Assembly (NCBI GenBank): GCA_963764725.1 | Contig: CAVXTM010000001.1 | Coordinates: 224,001-288,000 of the forward strand | Reading direction: 5' to 3' | From: an uncultured Gammaproteobacteria bacterium | GTDB taxonomy: Bacteria; Pseudomonadota; Gammaproteobacteria; JACCXJ01 | Length of the DNA stretch: 64,000 nt | Shown: piece by piece, positions 42,692-55,037 of the stretch | How positions within the stretch are numbered: position 1 is the stretch's first letter | Layout of the letters: every line of letters starts with the position of its first letter | Notes under the pieces: generated by a model | The model's input: the letters and a program-made list of their open reading frames with translations, nothing else | What the model was told of the DNA's origin: nothing | Database searches by the model: none | Position numbers and translations under genes: made by a program

Positions 42692-43228
42692 ATGACCGAT
42701 CCCCGGACAGACCTGAGCGCGGTGTTCGATGCCCACGTCGCGAACGAATTCGTGGCCCGGGACGTCGATGCCACGATGGCGACGATGACAGCGGACCCGT
42801 ACGTCAACCACGTGCCCACAATGATGGGCGGCGTGGGCCACGACGAGGTTGCCCGTTTCTATGCCGATTACTTCATCGGGCATTGGCCCGCGGACACCGC
42901 GATCAGGCCGGTGTCGCGAACCGTCGGCGACGATAGGGTCGTCGCCGAGATGGTGATGACGTTCACCCACGACATCGTGATGGATGCCTTCCTGCCGGGC
43001 ATACAGCCGACGGGATGCCACGTCAGTCTCGCCGTGGTCGTCATCATGGGCTTTCACGGGGACAAGGTGGCCTACGAGCACATCTACTGGGACCAGGCGT
43101 CGCTGCTCGCGCAGATCGGTCTTCTCGACGAGAAGGTGCTACCGGTGACGGGCGTCATCCAGGCGCGCAAAGTCCTGGACAAGGACATTGCGGCCAACCA
43201 TCTCCTGCTGCGGGACCGGGAGGGATGA
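42692..43228 (+). CDS. NTF2/SnoaL-like fold protein
   Basis: DVDATMATM, PYVNHVPT, EHIYWDQASLL. Confidence 0.8.
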   Translation: MTDPRTDLSAVFDAHVANEFVARDVDATMATMTADPYVNHVPTMMGGVGHDEVARFYADYFIGHWPADTAIRPVSRTVGDDRVVAEMVMTFTHDIVMDAFLPGIQPTGCHVSLAVVVIMGFHGDKVAYEHIYWDQASLLAQIGLLDEKVLPVTGVIQARKVLDKDIAANHLLLRDREG

Positions 43229-43333
43229 TGCCCCTCTCTGCAACGAGAGTCAGTCAATCCCTTCGGCCGAGGCCTTGTCGGCCGCAGGCGATACCTGCGC
43301 AACGGCTGCTTTGAATCTGGCTTTCATTTCGGC

Positions 43334-45076
43334 TCACCTGCGAATGGGTCTGGGGGCTTCTAATGCTCCGTCGCCGATCGTTGCGAGAGCTTGGTGCAGG
43401 CTCGCGTAGATGCGTTGCGGCCCGATCACCTCGGTCAGGAGGTGACGGTCGAGGTCGGCGCGCAGGAAGGGCTCCACGTGCACGAGCACCAGCGCGACGC
43501 CCTCCCGGGTCAGGTCCTGCTGGAGATCCCGCAGCGCCCGTGCAGCGGTGTAGTCGACGCCGGTGATCGCTCCGGCGTCCACCACCAGCCAGCGAACCCG
43601 GGAGGGAGCGCCGGCTACCAGCTTCCGGGCCTCGTCGGCGAAGCGGGCCGCGTTGGCGTAGAAGAGGGCGGCTCCGAACCGGTAAATCAGCAGGCCGGCT
43701 CCGCTGAGGGCTCCCGGCTCGGCGGGGACCGACCGCCACTGGCCGTTCTCGTCCTTCACGAGGACGGCGGTGTGCGGCCGGTAGCTATGGCTCACGTGCC
43801 GCAGCAACGAGAGCGCCATCGCAAGCAGGATCCCCTCCTCCACGCCGAGCATCACCACCACCGCGGCGGTGATCAGCGCCAGGCGGAACTCGCCGGGGCT
43901 TTCGCGCCGGATCTCGCGCAAGCCTCGCAGGTCGACGAGCCCGATCGCGATCGTGAACACGATCGCTCCCAGCACGCATTGGGGGAGGAATCGAAGCGGG
44001 CCGGTCAGGAACAGCAGCACCAGCGCCACCACGGAGGCGGTGGCGAGCTGCGCGAGCTGGCTCCGCCCGCCGGAGGTCTCCACCATCGCCGTCTGCGTCG
44101 GACTGCCGTTCACGACGAAGGTTCCGGACAGGGCCGCGGCCGCATTCGCCGCCGATAGTCCGACGAGGTCCGAGTCTTCGTCGAGCGCCTGCCGGTGGCG
44201 GGTTGCGTAGGCACGCGCCGTCGCCGCGCTCTGGGCGACGATCATGAAAAAGCAGGAGGCCGCTACCGGGAGCAGCGCCCGCGCCTCCTGCCAGTGGACG
44301 TCCGGCAGCCGGAGCTGCGGGAGACCTCCCGCCACGGGCCCGATCACAGCGAGGCCGCGAGCGGATAAGTCGAAGGCCGCGCTCGCTGCCACCGCGCCGA
44401 CCACCGCAACGAGGGGTCCGGGAATTCGGGGCGCCAGCCGGCGACAAGTGAGCACCACCGACACCACCGCCGCCGAGACGCCCAGCGCGAGCGGCTGCAC
44501 GCGGTCGAGGTTGCGCAGGATCTCGGCGAGCTGCTCGAGGCTGCTACTACCGTGGACCCGGAGCCCTAGCATCTCGCCCAGGACCGCAATGCCGACCTGG
44601 AAACCGACGCCGGTCAGGAAGCCGACCAGGACCGTCTGCGAGAGGAAGTCCGCGAGGAAGCCGAGCTTGAAGGCCCGCGCGAGCAGCAGGAAGCCGGCGG
44701 TCAGCAGCGCCACGAGCCCGGCCAGCGCCACGTACCGCTCGCTCCCCGCCGGCGCCATCGGGGAGAGCCCGCTAGCGAGGATCGCCGCGGTTGCCGAATC
44801 CGCCGCCACCACCAGGTAGCGCGAGGAGCCGAGCGTGGCGAAGGCTGCGATCGGGAACAGCAGAGTGTAGAGCCCGGTTACCACCGGCATGCCGGCGATC
44901 CGGGTGTAGCCGAGCGCCTGCGGGACGTTCATCGCGGCCAGCGTGAAGCCGGCCAGCGTGTCGCGTAGCGCCCCGTCGCGGCGGATTGGCAGGATTCCCT
45001 GAAGCAGCCAGCGACGGGTCGGCGAAGGCGTGCGTCCGGATCCGTCCGCGGATGCCCGGGATCCGTCCGGGCTCAT
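43334..45076 (-). CDS. SulP/SLC26 anion permease with STAS domain
   Basis: VPQALGY, GLYT, GFLTGVG, GGRSQLA, LFYANA, VDYTA. Confidence 0.92.
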   Translation of the reverse strand: MSPDGSRASADGSGRTPSPTRRWLLQGILPIRRDGALRDTLAGFTLAAMNVPQALGYTRIAGMPVVTGLYTLLFPIAAFATLGSSRYLVVAADSATAAILASGLSPMAPAGSERYVALAGLVALLTAGFLLLARAFKLGFLADFLSQTVLVGFLTGVGFQVGIAVLGEMLGLRVHGSSSLEQLAEILRNLDRVQPLALGVSAAVVSVVLTCRRLAPRIPGPLVAVVGAVAASAAFDLSARGLAVIGPVAGGLPQLRLPDVHWQEARALLPVAASCFFMIVAQSAATARAYATRHRQALDEDSDLVGLSAANAAAALSGTFVVNGSPTQTAMVETSGGRSQLAQLATASVVALVLLFLTGPLRFLPQCVLGAIVFTIAIGLVDLRGLREIRRESPGEFRLALITAAVVVMLGVEEGILLAMALSLLRHVSHSYRPHTAVLVKDENGQWRSVPAEPGALSGAGLLIYRFGAALFYANAARFADEARKLVAGAPSRVRWLVVDAGAITGVDYTAARALRDLQQDLTREGVALVLVHVEPFLRADLDRHLLTEVIGPQRIYASLHQALATIGDGALEAPRPIRR

Positions 45077-45597
45077 CGATCGGAGCCCGCGTTGGCGTCG
45101 AGCCGGGCGACCAGCGCGCCGGCGCGCTCGACGACCAGCACGGGGTCTCCCGCCGTGCGCAACCGATCGGCGACGAGCTGTCCGAGCGGGCCGAAGCCGA
45201 TCACCACCACGTGTCGGGTTAGATCATCGAGGGTGCGTCGCATCGATCGGTTCTCCCGAAAAGCCATCACCGCGTCGCTCGACAGCAGGCCGGTGAGCCT
45301 GGAAACGGCGTAGCCGCCGATGATCAGGACGACGAACATGGTCGCGATCATGAACACCTTCTGGCGATCGTTGAAACCGGTGAAGTCCCCGAGCGTGGAG
45401 AGCAGATTCGCCGCGTTCCAGAGCGCGTTGAAGGCCCTTTCGTCGAACGGGTCCAGGGACGAATCGAGCATCAGCAGCCCGGCCATGCACCCGACCAGGG
45501 CTAGGGCCAGCAGGGCGAAGGTCCGCAGCGCCCGGCGCCGCCATTCCTGGAGGTGCAGGAGTCCGAGTCGGGGCTCGAAGGTGCGGTAGATGGGCAT
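45073..45597 (-). pseudogene. Potassium-channel-like protein (2TM pore + truncated RCK/TrkA-N)
   Basis: Two TMs, pore-like WNAANLLSTLGDF, HVVVIGFGPLG, then ends after ~40 aa of the RCK domain. Confidence 0.6.
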
Positions 45598-45647
45598 CGG
45601 CTTGGGGTCCGCCCTCGGGAAGGTCCCTTCCGGCGGGCCGCCTGCTC

Positions 45648-46517
45648 CTAGCTTCCTTGTTTCGAGGCATACCCGGCCCGCTGGCTCTGCTCCTCCTCCG
45701 CGGCGTGGTACTTGCCGGCGATCTCCGCGATGTCCACGTGCGTCGGCGGCAGCTTCAGGTCCATCTCTTCCATCGTGTCGGCGATGATCTGCGAGATCGC
45801 GAGATCGCGGAACCACTTGTGGTTCGCCGGAATCACGTACCACGACGCGTGCCGGGTGCTGGTCTCCGCCAGCGCATCCTCGTAGGCTTCCAGGTACTTG
45901 GGCCAGAGCTCCCGCTCGGAGTAGTCGGTCTCGCTGATCTTCCAGTGTCGCGACGGGTCGTCCAGGCGCTGCTTGAAGCGCGTGAGCTGCTCTTCCGGGC
46001 TGATGTGGAGGTAGAACTTCAGGACCCGCGTGCCGTTTTGGATCAGCATCGCCTCGAAATCGTTGATCAGCGCATAGCGCTTCGACCAGACCGACTTCGG
46101 CTCCAGCTTGTGCACGCGCACCACCAGGACGTCCTCGTAGTAGGATCGGTTAAAGATCACCACCTCGCCCTTGCCCGGTGTGCGCTGGTGGGCCCGCCAC
46201 AGGAAATCGTGCGCCGCCTCGGCCTTGCTCGGCTGCTTGAAGCCGAAGACCGAGGTCCCCTGTGGGTTCATTCCGCTGAACAGGTGCCGCACCACGCCGT
46301 CCTTGCCAGCGGCGTCGAGCGCCTGCAACACCACCAGCAGCGACTGGCTGGCGTCCGCGTAGAGCAGATACTGGAGCTTGTCCATCCGCTCGACGTGCTT
46401 CCGGATCTTCGGGATCGCCTTCTCGTGCGACTCGTGCTTCGCCGTGTACGAGGGATCGATCTTCGCCAGCCGGATCTTTTTGCCGGGCTCGACGCCGAAC
46501 TCTTTCCGGTAGTCCAT
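45648..46517 (-). CDS. ppk2: Polyphosphate kinase 2 family (class III-like)
   Basis: QALDAAGKDG, FKQPS, FNRSYYEDVLVVRV, WYVIPANHKW. Confidence 0.9.
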   Translation of the reverse strand: MDYRKEFGVEPGKKIRLAKIDPSYTAKHESHEKAIPKIRKHVERMDKLQYLLYADASQSLLVVLQALDAAGKDGVVRHLFSGMNPQGTSVFGFKQPSKAEAAHDFLWRAHQRTPGKGEVVIFNRSYYEDVLVVRVHKLEPKSVWSKRYALINDFEAMLIQNGTRVLKFYLHISPEEQLTRFKQRLDDPSRHWKISETDYSERELWPKYLEAYEDALAETSTRHASWYVIPANHKWFRDLAISQIIADTMEEMDLKLPPTHVDIAEIAGKYHAAEEEQSQRAGYASKQGS

Positions 46518-46533
46518 GGCAACGCGTTCCCTT

Positions 46534-49161
46534 CTAGGCCCGGCTCGCCCCGGAGCCGCCGATCCCGGGGACGTGCGGCTGGAGCGTCTGGCTCACCAAT
46601 CCTACGCTCTTCGAGTGACGCGCGGTACGGTACTCGGCGAAGCGCTCGGTGATCAGCCGGACGCCTCCCAGCACAAACAGCCACGCCAGGTTGTAGGCCC
46701 ATACCCAGGCGATCAGCTTCCAGCCGATCGGCTCGACCAGCCAGCCCAGGCCGCACATTGCGATCGCCACCATCTGGGTGAGGGCGATTGCCGTGAACAG
46801 GGGCGCAGCCGGGTAGGGAGGCAGGAAGAACCACCGTTCGGTCCGCGTGACGAACATCAGCAGATGGCCGCCGGCCACCAATTGCAGGAACATCGCCGTC
46901 TGCAGCTCGGACCGGGTCCACAGCCCGAAATACAGCCGAGCGTCCGGATCGGCGAGCACCTCCATGCCGATCAGGAGCATGCCGAACGACTGGACCACCG
47001 AGAACGAGCCAAGCACCGCCGAGACGCCCAGCAGCTTCGGCATCTGCCAGCGGATGGGCTTCTCGCTCACCGGCGTGTTATCGTAGGCGATGGTCATGAT
47101 CGGCAGGTCGTCGAGCAGCGACATGGCGACGATCATGATCGACGTGAGCGGCACGAAATCCAAGAAGATCGAAGCCAGCACCACCACGAACATGATGTCC
47201 ATGGTGAGGGCCACGCGGTAGATCGTGTAGCTCGTGATCCGGCCGAAAATCCTCCGGGCCTCGTCGATGGCGCTGTTGATCACCGAGAGGCCGGGGGCGG
47301 TGAGGATCAGCGCAGCCGCGCCGCGCGCGGCGTCCGTAGCGCCCGACACCGCGGTGCCGCAATCCGCCTGCTTCAGGGCGGGCGCGTCGTTGACGCCATC
47401 TCCGGTCATTGCGACCAGATGCCCGCGCGACTGCAACGATTTGACGATCGCGTACTTGTGCTCCGGGAACACGCGGGCGAAGCCGTCCGCCTTCTCGATC
47501 GCGTCGCCAATCTCGGGCGGCACGTGGTTCGGTTCCATGTCCTTCGGGAAGGCATCGGCCGCCCCGATGATGTGGGTTCCGAGCCCGAGCTGGCGCGCGG
47601 TCTCGATGGCGATCGCGGTGTCGTCGCCGGTGATCATCTTCACCTGCACGCCCTTGCTCTTCACCTTGTCGACGGTCGCCTTGGAGTCGTCGCGCGGCGG
47701 ATCGAACATCGGCAGGATCGCGAGCAGCGCCCAGCTGGCGCCGCCGTCCTCCGAGCGGGCCACGCCGAGCGCGCGTGAGCCCTTAGCCGCCAGCGCCGCG
47801 ACCGTTTGCGCGACCTTCTGCGCGACGTCCGGCGCCGGCTTGACGAGGTTGACGATCGCCTGCGGCGCTCCCTTGGCGACCACCACGGTCCGGCCCGAAG
47901 GGTCGGTCACGGTCGCGGCGGTGCGTTTGATCACCGGATCGAAGGGCACGAACTTGACCTGCTTCCAGCGCTCGAGCGCCTTCGGGTCCTTCAGCGCCGC
48001 GATCACGGCGGTGTCGATGGCGTCGCGGTCCTCGATCTTCGAGGCCAGCGCGGCGGCCAGTACGCAGTCCTGGGGATCCCTGCCCGCGAACAGGATCGGG
48101 TCGCTCAGGCTGAGTTGATTCTTGGTCAGCGTCCCGGTCTTGTCCGAGCACAGCACGTCGACGCCCGCCATCTCCTCGATCGCGGAGAGCTTCGAGACGA
48201 TCGCCTTCTCCTTGGAGAGCGCGAGCGCGCCGAGCGCCATCGTAATCGAGAACACCGCCGGCATGGCCACCGGGATCGACGCGATCAGCAGGATCAGGAC
48301 GAACTGCAGGATATTCAGCGCGTCCGCGACTCCCCAGGTGTCGGCGACGACGATGTCGTGATGGACCCTGAAGGCAATCAGGATCAGCGCCAGGACGACG
48401 GCGACCACGATTAGGAAGTTCCCGATCTGGAACATCGCCTTCTGCGCGTGGCTGACGGCGCCCGCGCCCGCCACCAGCTTGGCCGTGCGGCCGAAAAAGG
48501 TGGTCGCGCCGGTGGCGATCACGACGCCTTCCATCTCGCCCTGCTTGACGACGCTGCCCGAGTAGGCCTCGTCCCCGACCTTCTTGGCCGCGGGTAGGGA
48601 CTCGCCCGTGAGGGCCGCCTGGTCGATCGACGCGTAGTCGCCCGACACCAGCCGCAGATCGGCCGGAACGATCACGCCTAGGCGGATCTTGACGATGTCC
48701 CCGGGGACCAGCGTGGCAGCCTGAAGGGTCTGCCACTTTCCGTCGCGCAGGGCGGTTGCTTCCAGCGCCAGCCCCTTCTTCAGTGCCGCCAGCGCGTTCG
48801 ACGACTTCAGATCCTGCCAGAACTCGAGGGCGGCGTTGAACAGCAGCAGCGTGGTGATGATCGCGAAGTCCTCCCAGCGGCCCAGAATCGCCGACACAAT
48901 CGCCGCCACCTCGATCATGTACGCGATCGGACCGGTAAAGTGGCCGAGGATCCTGGCCGCCAGGCCCTTCTCTTTTTCGATCAGGGCGTTGGGGCCGTAC
49001 CGGGCGAGCCGCTGCTGGGCTTCCGTAGCGAGGAGCCCTCGATCGGGTCGGACGCCGAGGTTCGCGAGCACCTGTTCGATGGGAAGCTTCTCGAGATCGG
49101 TGGCGGCAGCGGAGCCGCCCATAGCGGCGGATCCGGGAAGCGGCGGAGCAGGTGTGGACAT
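46534..49161 (-). CDS. P3A-type plasma-membrane H+-efflux ATPase
   Basis: TGES, IPVAMP, CSDKTGTLT, KGAP, DPPR, TGDGVNDAPALK, DDLPIMTIAYD. Confidence 0.9.
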   Translation of the reverse strand: MSTPAPPLPGSAAMGGSAAATDLEKLPIEQVLANLGVRPDRGLLATEAQQRLARYGPNALIEKEKGLAARILGHFTGPIAYMIEVAAIVSAILGRWEDFAIITTLLLFNAALEFWQDLKSSNALAALKKGLALEATALRDGKWQTLQAATLVPGDIVKIRLGVIVPADLRLVSGDYASIDQAALTGESLPAAKKVGDEAYSGSVVKQGEMEGVVIATGATTFFGRTAKLVAGAGAVSHAQKAMFQIGNFLIVVAVVLALILIAFRVHHDIVVADTWGVADALNILQFVLILLIASIPVAMPAVFSITMALGALALSKEKAIVSKLSAIEEMAGVDVLCSDKTGTLTKNQLSLSDPILFAGRDPQDCVLAAALASKIEDRDAIDTAVIAALKDPKALERWKQVKFVPFDPVIKRTAATVTDPSGRTVVVAKGAPQAIVNLVKPAPDVAQKVAQTVAALAAKGSRALGVARSEDGGASWALLAILPMFDPPRDDSKATVDKVKSKGVQVKMITGDDTAIAIETARQLGLGTHIIGAADAFPKDMEPNHVPPEIGDAIEKADGFARVFPEHKYAIVKSLQSRGHLVAMTGDGVNDAPALKQADCGTAVSGATDAARGAAALILTAPGLSVINSAIDEARRIFGRITSYTIYRVALTMDIMFVVVLASIFLDFVPLTSIMIVAMSLLDDLPIMTIAYDNTPVSEKPIRWQMPKLLGVSAVLGSFSVVQSFGMLLIGMEVLADPDARLYFGLWTRSELQTAMFLQLVAGGHLLMFVTRTERWFFLPPYPAAPLFTAIALTQMVAIAMCGLGWLVEPIGWKLIAWVWAYNLAWLFVLGGVRLITERFAEYRTARHSKSVGLVSQTLQPHVPGIGGSGASRA

Positions 49162-49208
49162 GCGCCCACTCTATACCTGCCGGCCTCCGAGCATCAATAA
49201 CGGCGAGT

Positions 49209-50450
49209 TCACGCGCCCGAACGTTGCGCGGCGATCATCGTGATGTCATCGTATTGCGGGGCCGAACCTTGGTAGTCGGTCACGGCCTTCAGCAACCCAT
49301 CGCACATCGCTTGAGCGGGCACACCCGTGTGCGCGCGCAGCGCCGCTTGCAAGCGATCAACGCCGAAAGCATGCTCGTGCGCGTCCACGGTGTCGGTGAT
49401 GCCGTCGGTGTAGAGAAACAGCGTAGCGCTTCGGGGAATGATCATCGTTGCCTCATCAAATCGGGGATCCTCGATGATCCCCAAGGGTTGCCCAGGGCCT
49501 TGGGGCATCAGTTCGGTCTGACCCGCCGCATCAACGAGGATCGGCAGTTCGTGCCCGGCGCGGGCGTAGTCAAAGCGCCCGCTATGGATATCCAGCACTC
49601 CGTAGAGGACCGTGACGAAGAGCCCCGTGTCGCTCATCTCCAGCAGATGACGGTTGACCCGGCGTAGAGTCTCGCCGGGCGCCTCGAATCGGCTCGCCTC
49701 GGCGCGCCAGAGTGCGCGCGTCTGGGCCATGAATATCGCCGCGGGCACTCCCTTGCCGGTCACGTCGCCCACGACGGCGCCCATCGCCTGGTCGCTCAAA
49801 GCGATGAAGTCGAGGAAATCGCCGCCCACCGCGCGGGCCGGCGCCATGCGCATTCCGAAATTGAACGCCGGCGAGCGCGGCACCACCTTGGGAAGAATGC
49901 CTACCTGGATCTCGTACCCGAGCTGGAGCTCGCGCTCCAATTTCTCCTTCTCGATGATTTGGCTCTGCGCGGCTTTCAGACTTTCGTAAGCCTCGGCGAG
50001 TCGGCGGTTCTTTTCCTGCAGGTCGTGGATCGCGGCGGCGTGCGAGGCGGTCAGGCGCTCGCTCAGCACCCGCACCATTTCGTAGGCCAGCAACGGCTGC
50101 CGGTGGAGCAACGCGTCAAAATCGCCGCGGCTCATGCGCAACATCCGCACCTGCTCCGCCGCGCGCACCGTGGCCATGTGGCGTCCATCGCGATTAAAGA
50201 GACTTAGTTCGCCCAGAAACTCGCCCGCTCCGCGTACGCCAATCACCTGCTCCTCCTCCGTACCCATGGCCTTGATCACTTCCGTCCGGCCCGAAATCAC
50301 GATATAAAAATGGTCACCCACGCCACCTTCGCGAAAGAGAATCGTACCGGGCGGTGCTTCAACGGACTGAAGCGTGGACTCCAGGTGCTCTATTTCCTTC
50401 CTGGGCAGAGAACCAAAAAGCGGCACCCGTGCTAGGACCAATGTTTTCAC
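49209..50450 (-). CDS. cNMP-binding domain + SpoIIE/PP2C phosphatase
   Basis: GEFLGELSL (cNMP), coiled coil, VGGDF, GDVTGKG, YTDG, DDIT. Confidence 0.9.
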   Translation of the reverse strand: MKTLVLARVPLFGSLPRKEIEHLESTLQSVEAPPGTILFREGGVGDHFYIVISGRTEVIKAMGTEEEQVIGVRGAGEFLGELSLFNRDGRHMATVRAAEQVRMLRMSRGDFDALLHRQPLLAYEMVRVLSERLTASHAAAIHDLQEKNRRLAEAYESLKAAQSQIIEKEKLERELQLGYEIQVGILPKVVPRSPAFNFGMRMAPARAVGGDFLDFIALSDQAMGAVVGDVTGKGVPAAIFMAQTRALWRAEASRFEAPGETLRRVNRHLLEMSDTGLFVTVLYGVLDIHSGRFDYARAGHELPILVDAAGQTELMPQGPGQPLGIIEDPRFDEATMIIPRSATLFLYTDGITDTVDAHEHAFGVDRLQAALRAHTGVPAQAMCDGLLKAVTDYQGSAPQYDDITMIAAQRSGA

Positions 50451-50468
50451 AGAATACCCGTCTCCGTT

Positions 50469-50612
50469 TAGGGAAGCTCTGCAAAAGTTACTGTGCAGCC
50501 CATCTGCTATGTCGCGTGCTCGCTCGCCGCTCGCCTATCTACCTGATATGTCTCGCGACTCGCTCCGCTTCGCGCATCTGGGCTTGCTCGCGACACTTTT
50601 GCAGAGCTTCCT
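50469..50612. mobile_element. MITE copy 2
   Basis: AGGGAAGCTCTGCAAAAGT ... ACTTTTGCAGAGCTTCCT; interior nearly identical to 6443-6590. Confidence 0.85.
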
Positions 50613-50670
50613 CAGCGCTTACTGGATGGATTTTACGCCCGCTCTTGGGTATCGATACAACGGCTCGCTG

Positions 50671-51783
50671 TTATTGCTGAAATCTATGCAATATGGCTGG
50701 AATCACCGGCGTCTGCGAGCGCACATCGAGGTTTTGCGCGCGGTGTCGCAGCATGTGGTCCATCAGCACCAGCGCCAGCATGGCCTCGGCGATGGGCGTC
50801 GCGCGGATCCCAACACAGGGATCATGGCGGCCAAGAGTGACGACTTCGACGGGGTTGCCTAGGATGTCGATCGAACGGCACGGCAAGCGCAGGCTCGAGG
50901 TCGGTTTAAGCGCGATGCCTACCACGATATCCTGACCGGAGGAGATCCCGCCGAGGATCCCGCCCGCGTGATTGCTGAGAAATCCTTCCGGCGTCATCTC
51001 GTCACGGTGTTCGGTCCCCTTCTGGGTCACGCTCACAAACCCGGCGCCGATGTCCACTCCCTTGACGGCATTGATGCTCATCATGGCCTTGGCGATGTCG
51101 GCATCGAGCCGATCGAAGACGGGTTCTCCGAGACCCGGCGGTACGCCGGTGGCGACCACGTTGACGCGCGCACCAATGGAGTTACCTTCCTTGCGCAAGG
51201 CGTCCATGTAGGCTTCTAGGTCGGGGACCCGCTGCGGATCGGGGCAGAAAAAGGGATTCTGGTCTACGGCCTCCCAGTCGCGGAGCTCGATGCGGTGGGG
51301 CCCCAGCTGAGCGAGATAACCGCGGATCGCGATGCCGTAGCGCTCGCGCAGGTATTTCTTCGCGATCCCGGCCGCGGCTACCCGCATGCAGGTCTCGCGC
51401 GCCGAGGCCCGGCCGCCGCCGCGGTGATCACGGATCCCGTACTTCTGCTGGTAGGTGTAGTCGGCATGGCCGGGCCGAAACTGCGCGAGGATTTTGTCAT
51501 AGTCCTTGGAACGCTGATCGGAATTTTCGATGAGAAGCCCGATCGGCGTCCCGGTGGTCTTGCCCTCGAAGACACCGGAGAGGATTTTCACGAGGTCGGC
51601 TTCACGGCGCTGGGTCGTGTGCCGGGAGGTTCCGGGCTTGCGCCTATCGAGATCGCGCTGCAAATCCGCTTCGGACAACGCGAGTCCGGGCGGACAGCCG
51701 TTGACGATGCAACCGTAGACCGGGCCGTGGCTCTCCCCGAAAGCGGTGATGGTGAACAAGACGCCGAAACTGTTGCCGGACAT
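50671..51783 (-). CDS. aroC: Chorismate synthase
   Basis: [27 protein letters not shown]. Confidence 0.98.
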   Translation of the reverse strand: MSGNSFGVLFTITAFGESHGPVYGCIVNGCPPGLALSEADLQRDLDRRKPGTSRHTTQRREADLVKILSGVFEGKTTGTPIGLLIENSDQRSKDYDKILAQFRPGHADYTYQQKYGIRDHRGGGRASARETCMRVAAAGIAKKYLRERYGIAIRGYLAQLGPHRIELRDWEAVDQNPFFCPDPQRVPDLEAYMDALRKEGNSIGARVNVVATGVPPGLGEPVFDRLDADIAKAMMSINAVKGVDIGAGFVSVTQKGTEHRDEMTPEGFLSNHAGGILGGISSGQDIVVGIALKPTSSLRLPCRSIDILGNPVEVVTLGRHDPCVGIRATPIAEAMLALVLMDHMLRHRAQNLDVRSQTPVIPAILHRFQQ

Positions 51784-51839
51784 AGGTAGTATTGTAAACG
51801 TTTAAACGCAGGAGCGTCGTGAGAGCTGTCCCCGCTCTG

Positions 51840-53812
<1,973 letters not shown>

Positions 53813-53826
53813 ATTGGTGTGTCACA

Positions 53827-54249
53827 TTATGTTTCGATAAATAGCGGCGCCACATAGGGGAATACAAGGGCCGCGGTGATGATCACGGTCGCCGTCCAAA
53901 GGCTCAATTTGGCGAAGCGATCCGAGGCCGGCCTCGCGCAGGACGAACCCGGCAGGCATGCCGCTTTCGGCTTGCGGTAGACCATCGCGAATCCCGCTAC
54001 GAGGCACGCGAGTGTTACCACCACGAAGTAGGGTTGATAAGGGGCTAACGCGGTCAGGTTACTGATCCACGCGCCACTGATCCCGAGCGTAAACAAGACC
54101 AGCGGCAGGACACAACAAGAAGAGGCCGCGATCGCGGTGACGATGCCGCCGAGCGACACGAGCGTTTTCCCCGCCGCCTGACGCGTCCGACGAGTTTCAG
54201 TCACTGCTTGTCTTATCAAAGAGTTCTCCGACGGGTTACCGGAAGCCAT
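53827..54249 (-). CDS. merT: Mercury transport protein
   Basis: ASSCCVLPL, GISGAWISNLTALAPY, second Cys pair. Confidence 0.92.
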   Translation of the reverse strand: MASGNPSENSLIRQAVTETRRTRQAAGKTLVSLGGIVTAIAASSCCVLPLVLFTLGISGAWISNLTALAPYQPYFVVVTLACLVAGFAMVYRKPKAACLPGSSCARPASDRFAKLSLWTATVIITAALVFPYVAPLFIET

Positions 54250-54278
54250 GATGATTCCTTCTAATCCGACTGTTAGGT

Positions 54279-54309
54279 AATATAGACCCTGTAGTGACTA
54301 CAGAGTCAA
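54279..54309 (-). promoter_or_regulatory. MerR operator / PmerT promoter
   Basis: Minus strand: TTGACT, 19-bp spacer containing the dyad CTGTAGT-C-ACTACAG, then TATATT. Confidence 0.88.
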
Positions 54310-54315
54310 GAGGCG

Positions 54316-54750
54316 TTGGTAATTAATACCGAGTCCAGCCGGGCAGGCTTGAAGATCGGCCAGCTTGCGCAGGCCACGAAGTGCAACATCGAAACCATTC
54401 GCTACTACGAACGGGCAGGGCTCCTTCCCTTACCTCCCCGTACGCAAGGTGGTTACCGGGTCTATGAATTAGAACACGTCAAGCGCCTGAACTTTATTCG
54501 GCGAGCTAGGGATCTCGGATTTAGTCTCGAAGAGGTCCGGGCTTTGTTACGGCTCGTGGACGCGCGCGGACGATCATGCAACGAAGCGCGTGCGCTCGCC
54601 GTGCAACACCTCACGGATGTGCAAGCCAAGATCACGGATCTGAAATCCATGGAGCAAGTGCTGAAAACCATGATCGCTCGCTGTAAAGACGGGAACCTGC
54701 CGGATTGTCCTCTCATCGAGGCCCTCTTTCGGGAGTCTTGCTTAAGGTAA
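54316..54750 (+). CDS. merR: Hg(II)-responsive transcriptional regulator
   Basis: IETIRYYER HTH, three Cys (RSCN, ARCK, DCPLI); divergent from merT; true start may be TTG 54349. Confidence 0.88.
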   Translation: MVINTESSRAGLKIGQLAQATKCNIETIRYYERAGLLPLPPRTQGGYRVYELEHVKRLNFIRRARDLGFSLEEVRALLRLVDARGRSCNEARALAVQHLTDVQAKITDLKSMEQVLKTMIARCKDGNLPDCPLIEALFRESCLR

Positions 54751-54769
54751 GGTCCGAGATCCTGGGTTT

Positions 54770-55008
54770 CCCGTTGGACCGCGAAGAAATCGCTGATCTG
54801 CGCTTACGCGAGGACCTATCCCCGTGCTTCTGCGCCGGCATGGCTGCTCGGGCAGCGCAACATGGGACGAAGAAGCGGCTTTCTGGGTGGCCAAAATTGG
54901 ATGATGTGGACGGGCTTTATACAGAAGCCACAATGGAAGACCTTATCAAGAAGCAGTTATCCTCTGTGAGGTCCAACGGGTCGGATATCAGCTCCGACGG
55001 GGTTGGGT
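54770..55008. other. Cassette-like relic bounded by an 11-bp inverted repeat, followed by a shortened attC-like palindrome
   Basis: CCCGTTGGACC (54770-54780) / GGTCCAACGGG (54970-54980); GTCCAAC-GGGTCGG...CCGAC-GGG-GTTGGGT (54971-55008). Confidence 0.35.
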
Positions 55009-55037
55009 GACACATCGTACTTACAGAGCACAGTTGT

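Noticed and set aside
45657-48736. Long alternative-frame and antisense ORFs (331, 420, 294, 317 aa) over ppk2 and the ATPase
   Set aside because: Expected shadow ORFs in very GC-rich coding DNA; no recognisable motifs
50354-50862. ORFs sharing the peptide SLAYLPDMSRDS (also at 6483 and 57151)
   Set aside because: Translations of the MITE, not a protein family
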